DNA from: Macrostomum lignano
Taxonomy: Eukaryota
NCBI GenBank assembly: GCA_002269645.1
Contig: NIVC01000719.1
Location: 300,020-364,019 of the forward strand
Reading direction: 5' to 3'
Length of the DNA: 64,000 nt
The translations under genes and the position numbers were made by a program. Positions 48,937 through 62,400 of the stretch are shown piece after piece (positions within the stretch are counted from its first letter, which is position 1; each line of letters begins with the position of its first letter). The notes below the pieces were generated by a model that saw only the letters and a program-made list of their open reading frames with translations, searched no databases and was not told the origin of the DNA.

Positions 48937-49119
48937 TACGCCCCCTGACATTAAGCTTGTCCGTGTCTGACCTCTGCGACTTCAGCTGCTACTTAAAACT
49001 TACTTGGACATACACAGAGCCTGAGCAAATCCCTTTCCAAATCTGAGCTCATGCTCAAACTAAGCAACGAATTTTTAACACCAGTTCGAGCGCAGTCATG
49101 CTATGATTATCAAGTATCG

Positions 49120-52100
49120 CTAGGCCTCGGAAGCATCAGATCGAGTCAGGAAGCTGCGCTTCTTCATTATAGAGATTGGCTGAGCTGTGGCTGCGGCAGA
49201 ATCTGCCGATGGAGGCGGCGGCTGATGACGTTGCTGCCGCGGCGGCGGGGGCGGCGGGTTGACCAGAAGAGTTGGAATGGTAGACTTCTGAGCAGGAGGG
49301 ACTTGGGAGACTGCGGTCTGCTGCTGCTGTTCTTCCTGTTGCTCCTCTTGCTGCTGCTTCTGCTGCTGGCGGATCTCCTCAAACCGGCTGAGAATGCCGC
49401 GCAGCCTCGGCGGAACTCCAGGCGGCGGCTGGCCGACGCCGACACCGACAACGCCGGCACCGTCCTTTCCGTCGCTGCCGCCGCCGCCGCCGCTGCCACC
49501 ATTCGTCTGACACAGATAGTAGTGACCATGGGCGTCTGCAGGTGCAAGGAAAGTCATATTGTTAGGGTGAGCAACAAGGGTACCCCACAGGATATCCGCA
49601 ACCCTCTCGTTGGTCTCAGTCTACCGCGAGCCTTGGCTGTCGCCAGAAACTTGAGACTTTACTTCGTAGAATTTAGCAAATGTGTTTTACTTTTATGCTA
49701 GAAATTTACTAACTCTCCCCTGAGACTGCCCGTGAGATGCCCCCCCCACTAAGATTTTCCCTCCCCCATGAGATTTGCCCTCTTACCATGAGATTTGCCC
49801 TCTTCCTATGAAATTTGCCATCACCCCTGAGATTTGCCCTCCTTCCATGAGATTTGCCCTCCCGCCTCAGATTTGCCCTCCCCCCTCAGATTTGCCCTCC
49901 CACCTCAGATTTGCCCTCCCCCCCGAGATTTGCCCTCCAACCTGGGATTTGAATCCCCCCCTGAGATTTGCCCTCCCCCTTGAGATTTGCCCCCCCCCTG
50001 ATATTTGCCCTCCTCCCCGAGATTTGCCCTCCCCCTGAGATTTGCCCCCCCCTGATATTTGCCCTCCTCCCCGAGATTTGCCCTCCCCCTGAGATTTGCC
50101 CTCCCCCTGAGATTTGCCCTCCCCTGAGATTTGCCCTCCCCCTGAGATCTGCCCTCCCCTGAGATTTGCCCTCCCCCTGATATTTGCCCTCCTCCCCGAG
50201 ATTTGCCCTCCCCCTGAGATTTGCCCTCCCCCTGAGATTTGCCCTCCTCCCCGAGATTTGCCCTCCCCCTGAGATTTGACCTCCCTCCATGAGATTTGCC
50301 CTCCCCCATGAGATTTGCCCTCCCCCTTGAGATTTCCCCCCCCTGATATTTGCCCTCCACCCTGAGATTTGAACTCTCCCCTGAGATTTGACCTCTTTGA
50401 CATTATCCCCTATGCTGTCACAGACAGACGGCTACCTGTCACAGTCTGGAGCAGTGTGCGCCGTGGCAGAAGCTGCCGGGTTCCGTGCTTCAATGCCGCT
50501 GCCGGCACTGCAGGGCTGGCCGGAGTGGGAGAGACGCTGTAGCCAGAGGCTCTGGCTGCAGGCGTAACTATCGCAGGACCAGAAGAGGAGGCGGCGGTGG
50601 CGCAGGCGGTTTTGCCAGTCTCAGTTGTGGCGGCTGACCCGGTCAAGGCGGAAGCAGCGGCCAGCTGACGGTAGGCCTGCAACTCGGCACTGCCCACTAG
50701 AGAGTCGAACCGGCCAATCTCGGATGATCCGGCCAGGATTCGAGTCCGGATCTCCTGCAGCAGCAGGACTCGGTCGGGCCGTTCAGCGATGCTATCGAGC
50801 AGCAGACTGGCCAGACGGTCGATGCCGCTTTGGCCTTGGCGGCTGCCGGCTCCCGAATTGCACTGCGGAACAAATGTGAGCAGTTCCTTTTGTGAAGCAC
50901 CTGGGCCCAGAAACACAACAAAAGAAAACACACAAACTCAGAGTTCATGGCCTCATAAACACACTCAGCTGAGGAGCTCATGAAGTCGTTCAGGTACAAC
51001 TGCAGTAGGATGTCGCTGCATCATTCTTATTTGATTCTATTTTAATCATAGATCATGGGTTAGGGCCACAGACACCAGCTGCTGCTGCTAGTGTTTGAGA
51101 GCAGCAGAAGCTACAGTCTATGGTCTGAACCCCTGGATTAGGGCTACGACACAAGCTGCTACTGCTAGTGCTTGAGAGCAGTAGAAGCTACAGTCTATGG
51201 TCTGAACCCCTGGGTTAGGGCCACAGACACCAGCTGCTACTGCTAGTGCTTGAGAGCAGTAGAAGCTACAGTCTATGGTCTGAACCCCTGGGTTAGGGCC
51301 ACAGACACCAGCTGCTGCTGCTAGTGCTTGAGAGCAGTAGAAGCTACAGTCTATGGTCTGAACCCCTGGGTTAGGGCCACAGACACCAGCTGCTGCTGCT
51401 AGTGCTTGAGAGCAGTAGAAGCTACAGTCTATGGTCTGAACCCCTGGGTTAGGGCCACAGACACCAGCTGCTGCTGCTAGTGCTTGAGAGCAGTAGAAGC
51501 TACAGTCGATGGTCTGAACCCCTGGGTTAGGGCCACAGACACCAGCTGCTGCTGCTAGTGCTTGAGAGCAGTAGAAGCTACAGTCTATGGTCTGAACCCC
51601 TGGGTTAGGGCCACAGACACCAGCTGCTGCTGCTAGTGCTTGAGAGCAGTAGAAGCTACAGTCTATGGTCTGAACCCCTGGCTTAGGGCCACAGACACCA
51701 GCTGCTGCTGCTAGTGCTTGAGAGCAGTAGAAGCTACAGTCGATGGTCTGAACCCCTGGGTTAGGGCCACAGACACCAGCTGCTGCTGCTAGTGCTTGAG
51801 AGCAGTAGAAGCTACAGTCGATGGTCTTAACGACAGGGTTTTCGCGCTGCGGCCAGGCGGCAAGAACTACTAAAACACCTTTTTAGTAGTCCTTGCCAGG
51901 CGGCTGGAGTGGCCCCTCTACCTCGTAGGGGTACATAGAATCTGAGGTGCATTCAGTATGCTCTCTTCAGAAATCGAATTTTCTCGAGCGCTATGCGTTC
52001 TCTTGAGAGCACACTAAATGCACTGACGGCCCTCCAGCTGATGTCTAAGAAATTCGAGTGCTGGGACCTACTCCAGCTGTCCATGAATTCATAATAAACT

Positions 52101-55100
52101 CATAAAAACATAAAAAATATATAATAACCACAGTAAAGTTTTTTCGCAAGGTTCCGCAGATTCGCACTCCGGATTCGCATCTTTCTACTAATGAATTTTA
52201 CAATTGTCAGTAGTAAGTAGTGCATCTATCTGATTATTTTGCTGTACATGCTAAAGAAAAAAGTTAAAAGTACTCTTGAAAAGAGTTGATTTTATTATGT
52301 GAGAATCCTGGTGGCTATCAAGACCTAAGGCAGGCAGGCTTAATGCATAATAAATCAAGGAGCCTGAAGCTTCAGTGCCTTTCCCATCGGGCGCTCATGC
52401 CATCTGCGCTGCTAGCCAAACCCTAGCACAAAAAAGTAGTAAAACCTCATTTTATTGCTTGATTTAATAAAAATTTCCATCAAATCAGTTTCAACAAAAA
52501 CTTAACCCTTGCCTCTTGCACTGCCGCCCGAATTCGTGACCGGACATCCGGAGGAAACAGTCTGAGGGCTCCGCTGTCGGACAGAGACGGCATCGACGGA
52601 GGCCGTCCGACTGCCTCAGAGCCAACCGGTTGTTGTTTCGGTGCTGGATAAAAACAATCGCAAATCGGATTTAGAAGAATCTATCGGTAGGTTTTTAGAT
52701 AGGTGAATCACCTGTCTATTCCTAACATTGGCCTCATCCGTGATGGAGGGGCGTTGACCGCCTTCCGTCGCTCTCCTTAGCTAGCTTGATTAATTATTAA
52801 TTAAGAGGCGATGGTGGCTGAGTAGATGCTGGGATGGCAGGGATACGGGGACTTCCTAGTATTGATGAGGCAGGCATAGGCAGCTGGGCATGGCTCACCT
52901 GAGCAGCGCGGAGCGGTAGGCGGCGGCTGCGGCTGAGGCTGCGGCTTCACCAGCTTGCCAAGGTTCTCATACAACTGCCCCTGGTCTTCTGACTGACTAC
53001 TAACATGATTACTATTACTAATAGTATTATTGCTACTAATATCATTGCGTGGCCTGGCTGGCTGTTCATGGGGAGACGCTGCAGCAGCGGCCGTCAGCTG
53101 AAATCCGTTGCTACCCGCGCTGCCAGCGGCCGGCACGGGCGGCGAGTCGCTGTAGGACAGAAACGACGCCTCCCCGAAGGTGACATTCAGGCCCTTGTCG
53201 TTGGGACTTCGCCGCTGCTGGTCCGACATCGGCAAACTCAGCTGATCGCCGCTGCCGCCACCGCCGCTACGTCGACTTGCCGAGCGTCGGATCCGCAGCG
53301 AGCTGACCTGCCGGTTGGCGAGTCGCTTCGACGCAGCTGCGGCAGCCACTGCGGAGGTTGCGTCAGCTGCGGAGCCGGGTTCGGCAGCAGCTGGTGGTGG
53401 TGGTGGAGGAGGAGGAATCCTCGATTGAACTGACTTTCGGTGCTCAGCAGGTTGGTTGAAGTCGTCGCCATCTCCGCCATCGTCAGAGATGTCCAGGATG
53501 GCGTCGATGTCGGTGACGGGGTCCGGCGGCTGCTGCTGCTGCTGCAAAGCTGCGAGCTGGCAGTCGATGTCGGTGACTGGCTGCTCAAGGACTCCGTCTG
53601 TCACGTTCTGGTAGATGTCCTCGGCTTCTGGTTCGTCCATGAACTGCCTGAAAGGCGGGGACATCTTAACAGCTGTGCTTTCAAAATATTCCCAGAAAAC
53701 TCACTATGAGCAGCTGGTACACGTACTCAAAATTATCCATAGAGGAGTGGCAGGAGCGGTGCTGGCAGACCGAGCCCTCAGTTTCGGTGTCTGAGCAGTC
53801 CTCAGATTGAATAGCTGGATGCTGCTGCTGCTTGCCTGATGGAAGCTGCTTGTACAGCGGAACGAATCCCACCTCCTGTGCAATAGTTGTAGGGGCTGAT
53901 TAATTAATTATTCATATGAGCGTATTTATATAATTATACTTGCGTTCTAATCTAAGTGCATCTTATGAGAAAATTCCTAGCTCTTATCTGCCTGTTGCAA
54001 GCGTGTCTGGAGTAGCTGCGGCCTAGGGTGTCAGATGTGTTTGAGGTGTCAGGATGTTTAAGGTGCCAAGACCATCCTGGGGTGTCAGATATGCTTGAGG
54101 TGTCAGGATGTTTAAGGTGCCAAGACCATCCTGGGGTGTCAGATATGCTTGAGGTGTCAGGATGTTTAAGGTGCCAAGACCATCCTGGGGTGTCAGATAT
54201 GCTTGAGGTGTCAGGATGTTTAAGGTGCCAAGAGCATTCTAGAGTGTCAGGAGAGCTCAATTCGGGTGTCAGGAAGAGTCCAATTCGGGTGTCAGGAAGA
54301 GTCCAATTCGGGTGTCAGGAAGAGTCCAATTCGGGTGTCAGGAAGAGTCCAATTCGGGTGTCAGGAAGAGTCCAATTCGGGTGTCAGGAGAGTCCAATTC
54401 GGGTGTCAGGAGAGTCCAATTCGGGTGTCAGGAGAGTCCAATTCGGGTGTCAGGAAGAGTCCAATTCGGGTGTCAGGAGAGTCCAATTCGGGTGTCAGGA
54501 GAGTCCAATTCGGGTGTCAGGAGAGTCCAATTCGGGTGTCAGGAAGAGTCCAATTCGGGTGTCAGGAAGAGTCCAATTCGGGTGTCAGGAGAGTCCAATT
54601 CGGGTGTCAGGAGAGTCCAATTCGGGTGTCAGGAGAGTCCAATTCGGGTGTCAGGAGAGTCCAAACATGATCAGCAGTCAGAGCTCCAAGGTGTATCTCT
54701 CTTCAATAATAAATATAACTGATAATTGATTGCACCTCCCCTAATGGGCAGATGTGCAACCGACAGCTCAGCCGCAGCTATTGCGCGGCGCATCTGAAGG
54801 CTGCGTACGGCTGTTCAGTCCAAGGACTGGGGGGTCGCCACACACACCCTCAATTCCCCAGCTAATGCTGGCACCCATTTTACAGCTGGGTGAACTGAAG
54901 CAATGCAGAGTTAGTTGTCTTGCTCAAGGACAAAAATTGTTCCGAGTGGGTCCAGAATCGAACCCCCGACCTTTCGGTCGTGAGTCCGAGGCTCTGACCA
55001 CTAGGCTACAACCCCCTCCCTCTCTTCAAACAAGATTTATTCTAAGCACAGTAGAAAAACAAATTGCCCAAATGAGGAGATCGCTAAAATTATTCAAGCG

Positions 55101-56152
55101 GCCTTCAAATATGTAAATTTTATAATATACTTGTAATGTTTTTTAAATTACCTTAACAGTGATCTTAAGATCCGACTGATGCTGCTTGATGAACATCGCG
55201 GCCTGCCAGTGCGACAGGTCGTCAAACTCCATGCCGTTGATCTGCACAATCAGCTGACCCGCTCGCAGTCCGCCGCTGTCCGCCGCGCTCTGCGGCACTG
55301 TGCTGTCAGTTGGTGGCGATGTGGGTTGAGATTTTTTGGTTTGTCAGAGAAAATACTCGTGACGTAATGCACAACTAACTCAGTGTTTAGAAAGCAAGAA
55401 TACCTAATGCCTAATGTTAGCCACCTAATGTCAGTGGCTTAGATTGGGGGTGTCAGTGGCTTAGATTGGGGTGTCAGGGGCTTAGATTGGGGGTGTCAGT
55501 GGCTTAGATTGGGGGTGTCAGTGGCTTGGATTGGGGGTGTCAGTGGCTTGGATTGGGAGTGTCAGTGGCTTAGATTGGGGGTGTCAGTGGCTTAGATTGG
55601 GGGTGTCAGTGGCTTGGATTGGGGGTGTCAGTGGCTTAGATTGGGGGTGTCAGTGGCTTGGATTGGGGGTGTCAGTGGCTTGGATTGGGGGTGTCAGTGG
55701 CTTAGATTGGGGGGTGTCAGTGGCTTAGATTGGGGGTGTCAGTGGCTTGGATTGGGGGTGTCAGTGGCTTAGATTGGGGGGTGTCAGTGGCTTAGATTGG
55801 GGGTGTCAGTGGCTTAGATTGGGGGTGTCAGTGGCTTGGATTGGGGAGTGTCAGTAGCTTAGATTGGGGGGTGTCAGTGGCTTGGATTGGGGGTGTCAGT
55901 GACCCAGATTTGTGGGTGTCAGTGACCCAGATTTGTGGGTGTCAGCGGCCCATTTTGGGTGTCAAAGCGGCTCACCCGGACACGAAGATGCCGGTGCCGA
56001 AGTCCCGCCCGCCCCTGATTGAGAAGCCAATCTGGCCGCCCGGCGGTATCCGCAGGCGAATCTGTTTGACCGGAGCCGGCAAGGTCGCCGCCCGATTCAC
56101 GGGTGGGCCGGCGGTGGCTTCCACTATTTGGCGGCGACGGGTGGCGTCGTAC
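49120..56152 (-). CDS. Whirlin/harmonin/PDZD7-like scaffold: PDZ plus harmonin-homology domain and low-complexity regions; start exon not resolved
   Basis: Exons 56152-55976, 55302-55152, 53875-53705, 53643-52899, 52643-52513 (or 52507), 50862-50436, 49535-49120 join in frame. PDZ IGFSIRGGRDFGTGIFVS..LRAGQLIVQINGMEFDDLSH..LKITVKEVG; HHD-like IDRLASLLLDS..LLLQEIRTRI..RFDSLV. Confidence 0.82.
49715..50400. repeat. Intronic 18-21-bp C-rich minisatellite
   Basis: gagatttgccctccccct variants. Confidence 0.93.
51057..51828. repeat. 78-bp intronic tandem repeat x10
   Basis: gggttagggccacagacaccagctgctgctgctagtgcttgagagcagtagaagctacagtctatggtctgaacccct units. Confidence 0.95.
54025..54664. repeat. 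Adjacent intronic repeats: 54-bp x4, then a 22/23-bp minisatellite
   Basis: ggggtgtcagatatgcttgaggtgtcaggatg... then ccaattcgggtgtcagga(a)gagt. Confidence 0.93.
54740..55017 (-). mobile_element. tRNA-derived CORE-type SINE
   Basis: Minus strand: head with A box TAGCCTAGTGG and B box GGTTCGATTC, then tgtccttgagcaagacaactaac...cagctgtaaaatggg resembling the MIR/CORE domain. Confidence 0.8.
55428..55945. repeat. 23-bp intronic minisatellite
   Basis: gtgtcagtggctt(a/g)gattggggg units. Confidence 0.95.
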
Positions 56153-56260
56153 CTACAGATGCGGTTTGTAAAGTGCAGAGTGTACTTCTGAGATCAATGA
56201 CAACGGCCTGCCTATATTGCTAATGAGTAAGAGTTTCTGACCGAAGGCTGATGGTTGATT

Positions 56261-57305
56261 CGAATGTATCTATGGCTGGTGGGAATGTGTCTATGGCTGA
56301 CGGGAATGTGTCTATGGCTGGTGGGAATGTGTCTATGGCTGACGGGAATGTGTCTATGGCTGGTGGGAATGTGTCCATGGCTGACGGAAATGTGTCTATG
56401 GCTGACGGGAATGTGTCTATGGCTGGTGGGAATGTGTCTATGGCTGACGGAAATGTGTCTATGGCTGACGGGAATGTGTCAATGGCTGGTGGGAATATGT
56501 CTATGGCTGACGGAAATGTGTCTATGGCTGGTGGGAATGTGTCTATGGCTGACGGAAATGTGTCTATGGCTGACGGGAATGTGTCTATGGCTGGTGGGAA
56601 TGTGTCTATGGCTGACGGAAATGTGTCTATGGCTGACGGGAATGTGTCTATGGCTGACGGGAATGTGTCTATGGCTGGTGGGAATGTGTCTATGGCTGAC
56701 GGAAATGTGTCTATGGCTGACGGGAATGTGTCTATGGCTGGTGGGAATGTGTCTATGGCTGACGGAAATGTGTCTCTATGGCTGACGGGAATGGGTCTAT
56801 GGAATGTGTCTATGGCTGGTGGGAATGTGTCTATGGCTGACGGTAATGTGCCTATGGCTGACGGGAATGTGTCTATGGCTGACGGGAATGTGTCTATGGC
56901 TGACGGGAATGTGTCTATGGCTGGTGGGAATGTGTCTATGGCTGACGGAAATGTGTCTATGGCTGACGGGAATGTGTCTATGGCTGGTGGGAATGTGTCT
57001 ATGGCTGACGGAAATGTGTCTCTATGGCTGACGGGAATGGGTCTATGGAATGTGTCTATGGCTGGTGGGAATGTGTCTATGGCTGGTGGGAATGTGTCTA
57101 TGGCTGACGGTAATGTGCCTATGGCTGACGGGAATGTGTCTATGGAATGTGTCTATGGCTGGTGGGAATGTGTCTATGGCTGGTGGGAATGTGTCTATGG
57201 CTGACGGTAATGTGCCTATGGCTGACGGAAATGTGTCTATGGCTGACGGAAATGTGTCTCTATGGCTGACGGGAATGGGTCTATGGAATGTGTCAATGGC
57301 TGGTG
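56261..57305. repeat. 21-bp minisatellite
   Basis: aatgtgtctatggctg(ac/gt)ggg units. Confidence 0.95.
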
Positions 57306-59426
57306 GGAGTGTGCGGTGGTTGATTTTTTACTTTTTTGGCTCATTGTTAATGAAATAAACCTGTGGAATTGTGTTTATTGATCTATAAGTGAATGGCTGT
57401 TCAAACGTATTCTAGTGAAAGGTGGTCTCTATGGACATAGTGATTGCTTCCTAATATAATACTACTATATTGTATCCAATTAAGCAAATATTATATGACT
57501 GCTTTGCCTTTACTTACCAAACAGTGACATCTTTGTTTTTACCACCATTCATAATGCTAGAGTTATTGTTTTCACATTTCAACAATAGTTTTCAGTTCTC
57601 TGAAATTTTAATGAAAGTGTCTGCCTATGTAAATCAATAGTGTAGCATTACAATGTTCAAATATTAAAAGTACTTTGCAATTAAAAAAATCTTTAATCTT
57701 TAACAGTGGTCAGTAGCCCATATACAGTGTAAAAAACGTTAAAACTATTTAACTGTTCTCGACTTTTTGTTATATTAATTGCATATTGAAAGTAAATAAA
57801 AAAGAACAATAGGAAATACAAAAGCTGAATTAGAAAAAAATCCTTTTTGATATTATTAAAAAAATAATAAAACAGGAAGTAAGGTTTAAGTCATCTAAAT
57901 ATGATTTAATTCCAGAGCTTTAAAACTTACCCATTCATTTATGGTTTAAATACAATATACGCTCGTACAAGTGTATGATGGTATTTTAACTATGATATAA
58001 ATTTTTACTTTTTACTATTACAATACTATACTTTAGTATAAATGAAATACTACAGTATTATAATACGAATACAGTACAACACTGTACTTTACTATTGTTC
58101 TTTGAAAATATAGCACAATATTATTCACAAGGTTCCGTGTAAATAAGTAAAGCTTAACTTTTATACTTACCTCAGCAGCGATTGCGCAAAAGCCGGCTCT
58201 GTCGTCCTTTCTCGTTTATGTGCCAATGTACTAATCTCTCGGTTAAAAGGTATCAATTTTCGTATGTAAGTTTATTTGTTTGCCACGATCTGCGATCTGA
58301 TTGTTGAAGAAGTTGATGAAATTTGGAAAAACTAATTTAGTTGAATCGCAAATAATAATAAGAAAATAGATTAAGATGCTTTACCACCTCTGTGATGCTT
58401 AATCTGCGTTCGCTTCTTCGATTTGCTGATGTGATTTCTGACTGGTGATTTTTATTTTAACTGTCCAACAAAAAATTAAATTTTCGTTTTAGTAATATCG
58501 TGCTTTGGTTTTGAAAATTTAAACAAAAGATTTGAAGTATGCGTGACGTAACATAATGGTATCATAAGAATCTGCAAAAATACCAAGACATCATAGTTAC
58601 TTTCTTTTATTTTTAAATCTAACAGTTTAAACTTTTTAGTCTATCCGGTTGCTCGTAAATAGTACAGTGCATTATAGTCGCATATTCTTAAGTCGCAGTC
58701 TATTTTTTTAGCTGTCAATTGATAAATACGACAGGAGTTAGTTAAAAAAGATAGAAGCTAGTGGTGACCAACAGCCGAATCACGTCGCGATGAATCTGAA
58801 CGAAGTTTATATATATTTACAGTACATGTACATGTATATGCACGGACAACCCTATATGTGCTATGTAGATAAAGACTAATTGAAGACTAAGACTAATCTA
58901 ATTTGTATTCCCTTCTGTTTCAGTGGTCTGTATGCCAAGCTAAGAGTAGTTTACATGTACATGTTGACTGACTAAAAAAGCTTCAATTGCGTGTAGAATT
59001 CGCATAGCCAAATTTTACTGGCACTATGGGTCGTAACGAAATGCACAAAAACAGAAGGCAAATCAGCCTAAACTCGCATAAATTAAGAATTTACCAACAG
59101 TTTTTCAACTATTGCTGTTTTATCTCAGTATGGCTCATGTACGCCTGACTCTCACCTGGACCCAGCTACATGTATATCAAATTGCGTGCCTACATACTGA
59201 TAAGCGTATACCTGTAAGCTAATAAAACAGAAAGTTTCAACCTATACATACTTCTTTCCTAAGGTTTCAAAACTTCACGCTCGACTCTTTTCAATCAGTT
59301 TTAGCAAGATTATGGCCTAAGCCTTAAGGTGAAAGTTGCAGTTTGCTGCAGATTTCGCTAACGAGCTGGCAACGGTTTTTTAGTGAGGCCTTTCACTTCA
59401 ACTCATAGATACTGCGATTCCGGACA

Positions 59427-62400
59427 ATGTCTGCTAACGCAAACGGCGGTCAGGAGGACGCCAGCACCGAGCCAAAGACGGTCATCCACGTGGACGATTT
59501 CGGCTTTCGAGAGGCCCTGGAAACTAACAATCGGGAGGACACCTGGTGCAGGTTAGACTGACAAGGTCTCTCCAAGCATTCGAGACATTTCCAATCAATA
59601 TAGAGACATTTCCAATCAATATAGAGACATTTCCAATCAATATAGAGACATTTCCAATCAATATAGAGACATTTCCAATCAATATAGAGACATTTCCGAT
59701 CAATATGGAGGCATTTCCAATCAATTTGTAGAGACATTTCCGATCAATACAGACATTTTAAATCAATATAGAGACATTTCCAATCAGTATAGAGGCATTT
59801 CCAATCAATTTGTAGAGAAATTTCCAATCAGTATGGAGACATTTCCAATCAATATGGAGGCATTTCCAATCAATATGGAGACATTTCCAATCAATATGGA
59901 GACATTTCCAATCAATATGGAGACATTTCCAATCAATATGGAGACATTTCCAATCAATATGAAGACATTTCCAATCAATTTGTAGAGACATTTCCAATCA
60001 ATACAGACATTTTAAATCAACACAGAGACATTTCCAATCAATACAGACATTTTAAATCAACACAGAGACATTTCCAATCAACACAGAGACATTTTCAATC
60101 AATAGAGACATTCCAAAAGCAATATCTATGCTACCACTTTCAAACTTAGGGAGCCGCGAAAGAAGACTCTTCGAATCATTGAAAGCTTAGCATTTCGCCT
60201 AGCAACCATGGCGCTGATACTGCTGGACCTCGTGCTGGTCATTGTTGACCTCGCCGACCCGAAACCAGCATACGACTACGTAGGCCTGGTCATTGTTATT
60301 CTGTTTGTTATCGAGGTTGGCGTGAGGATTTTTGCTCTAGGGTAAGTTTTTTGGGACCATAGCGCCTAAGTACATGGGTTCGATTCCTTGCACCAGGAGC
60401 CAGGGGAATGAGCATGAATGCTTGCCTCCCGCTCAACTCCAACGAGGACCAACCCCAATGAGGACCAACTCCAATGAGGACCAACCCCAATGAGGACCAA
60501 CCCCAATGAGGACCAACTCCAATGAGGACCAACCCCAACGAGGACCAAACTCAATGAGGACCAAACCCAATGAGGACCAACCCCAACGAGGACCAACCCC
60601 AATGAGGACAAACAGCCAGAATGAGAACCAACAGCCCCAATGAGAACCAACCCCAACGAGGACCAACAACTCCAATGGGGACCAACAACCCCAATGAGGA
60701 CCAACAACCCCAATGAGAACCAACCCCAATGAGGACCAACAGCCCCAATGAGGACCAACAGCCCCAATGAGGACCAACAGCCCCAATGAGGACCAACAGC
60801 CCCAATGAGGTCCAACAACCCCAATGAGAACCAACCCCAATGAGGACCAACAGCCCCAATGAGGACCAACAGCCCCAATGAGGACCAACAGCCCCAATGA
60901 GGACCAACAGCCCCAATGAGGACCAACAACCCCAATGAGAACCAACCCCAATGAGGACCAACAACTCCAATGGGGACCAACAGCCCCAATGAGGACCAAC
61001 AACCCCAATGAGAACCAACCCCAATGAGGACCAACAGCCCCAATGAGGACCAACAGCCCCAATGAGGACCAACAGCCCCAATGAGGACCAACAGCCCCAA
61101 TGAGGTCCAACAACCCCAATGAGAACCAACCCCAATGAGGACCAACAGCCCCAATGAGGACCAACAGCCCCAATGAGGACCAACAGCCCCAATGAGGACC
61201 AACAGCCCCAATGAGGACCAACAACCCCAATGAGAACCAACCCCAATGAGGACCAACAGCCCCAATGAGGACCAACAGCCCCAATGAGGACCAACAGCCC
61301 TAATGAGGACCAACAACCCCAATGGGGACCAACAACCCCAATGGGGACCAACAACCCCAATGAGGACCAACAACCCCAGTGAGAACCAACCACAACGAGG
61401 ACCAACAACCCCAACGAGGACCAAAAACCCCAACGAGGACCAACAACCCCAACGAAGACCAACAACCCCAATGAGGACCAACCCCAATGAGGACCAACCC
61501 CAATGAGGACCAACCCCAATGAGGACCAACCGCAATGAGGACCAACCCCAATGAGGACCAACCCCAATGAGGACCAACAGCCCCAATGAGAACCAACAGT
61601 TCCAACGAGGACCAACCCCAAAGAGGACCATCCCCAAAAGGACCAACCCCAAAAGGACCAACCCCAACGAGGACCAACAACCCCAATGAGGACCAACAAC
61701 CCCAATGAGAACCAACCACAATGAGGACCAACCAAGATTTTTAAATAGTTTCATGACGTCCATGCAGTTCCAAGTTGTGAATTCTAAACACCAATTTCAG
61801 ACCGGAGAAATTTTTTAGCAACTGGATCATGGTGCTGGACTTTGCTGTTGTCCTTTTAACCTTTATTGTTAGCGTGGTGTTTATGTCGGTACCCGACTTG
61901 AGCGACACCGCCAAGCTGGGGAAGTGAGTGCTAAATTTAGGGGTAGAATCATTCATCCATTCTGACCATTGGCATTAATCTATCCACATCTATCCATTGA
62001 TCTATCCACATCTATCCATTGATCTATCCACATCTATCCATTGATCTATCCACATCTATCCATTGATCTATCCACATCTATCCATTGATCTATCCACATC
62101 TATCCATTGATCTACTCACATCTATCCATTGATCTATCCACATCTATCCATTGATCTATCCACATCTATCCATTGATCTATCCACATCTATCCATTGATC
62201 TATCCACATCTATCCATTGATCTATCCACATCTATCCATTGATCTATCCACATCTATCCATTGATCTATCCACATCTATCCATTGATCTATCCACATCTA
62301 TCCATTGATCTATCCACATCTATCCATTGATCTATCCACATCTATCCATTGATCTATCCACATCTATCCATTGATCTACTCACATCTATCCATTGATCTA

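Noticed and set aside
48571-48970. NPNP, GLGL and IRIR ORFs, and the long periodic ORFs at 442-1275, 6189-6702, 47597-48166, 49775-50403, 54028-54729, 56251-57358 and 60366-61763
   Set aside because: All are translations of tandem repeats, open in several frames and mostly intronic; no coding signal.
50920-51025. Candidate extra exon (LYLNDFMSSSAECVYEAM) in the PDZ gene
   Set aside because: Not needed for in-frame joining of the HHD and lacks a convincing compatible donor.
60360-60420. B-box GGTTCGATTCC suggesting a tRNA
   Set aside because: No cloverleaf or A box; at most a SINE-head fragment.
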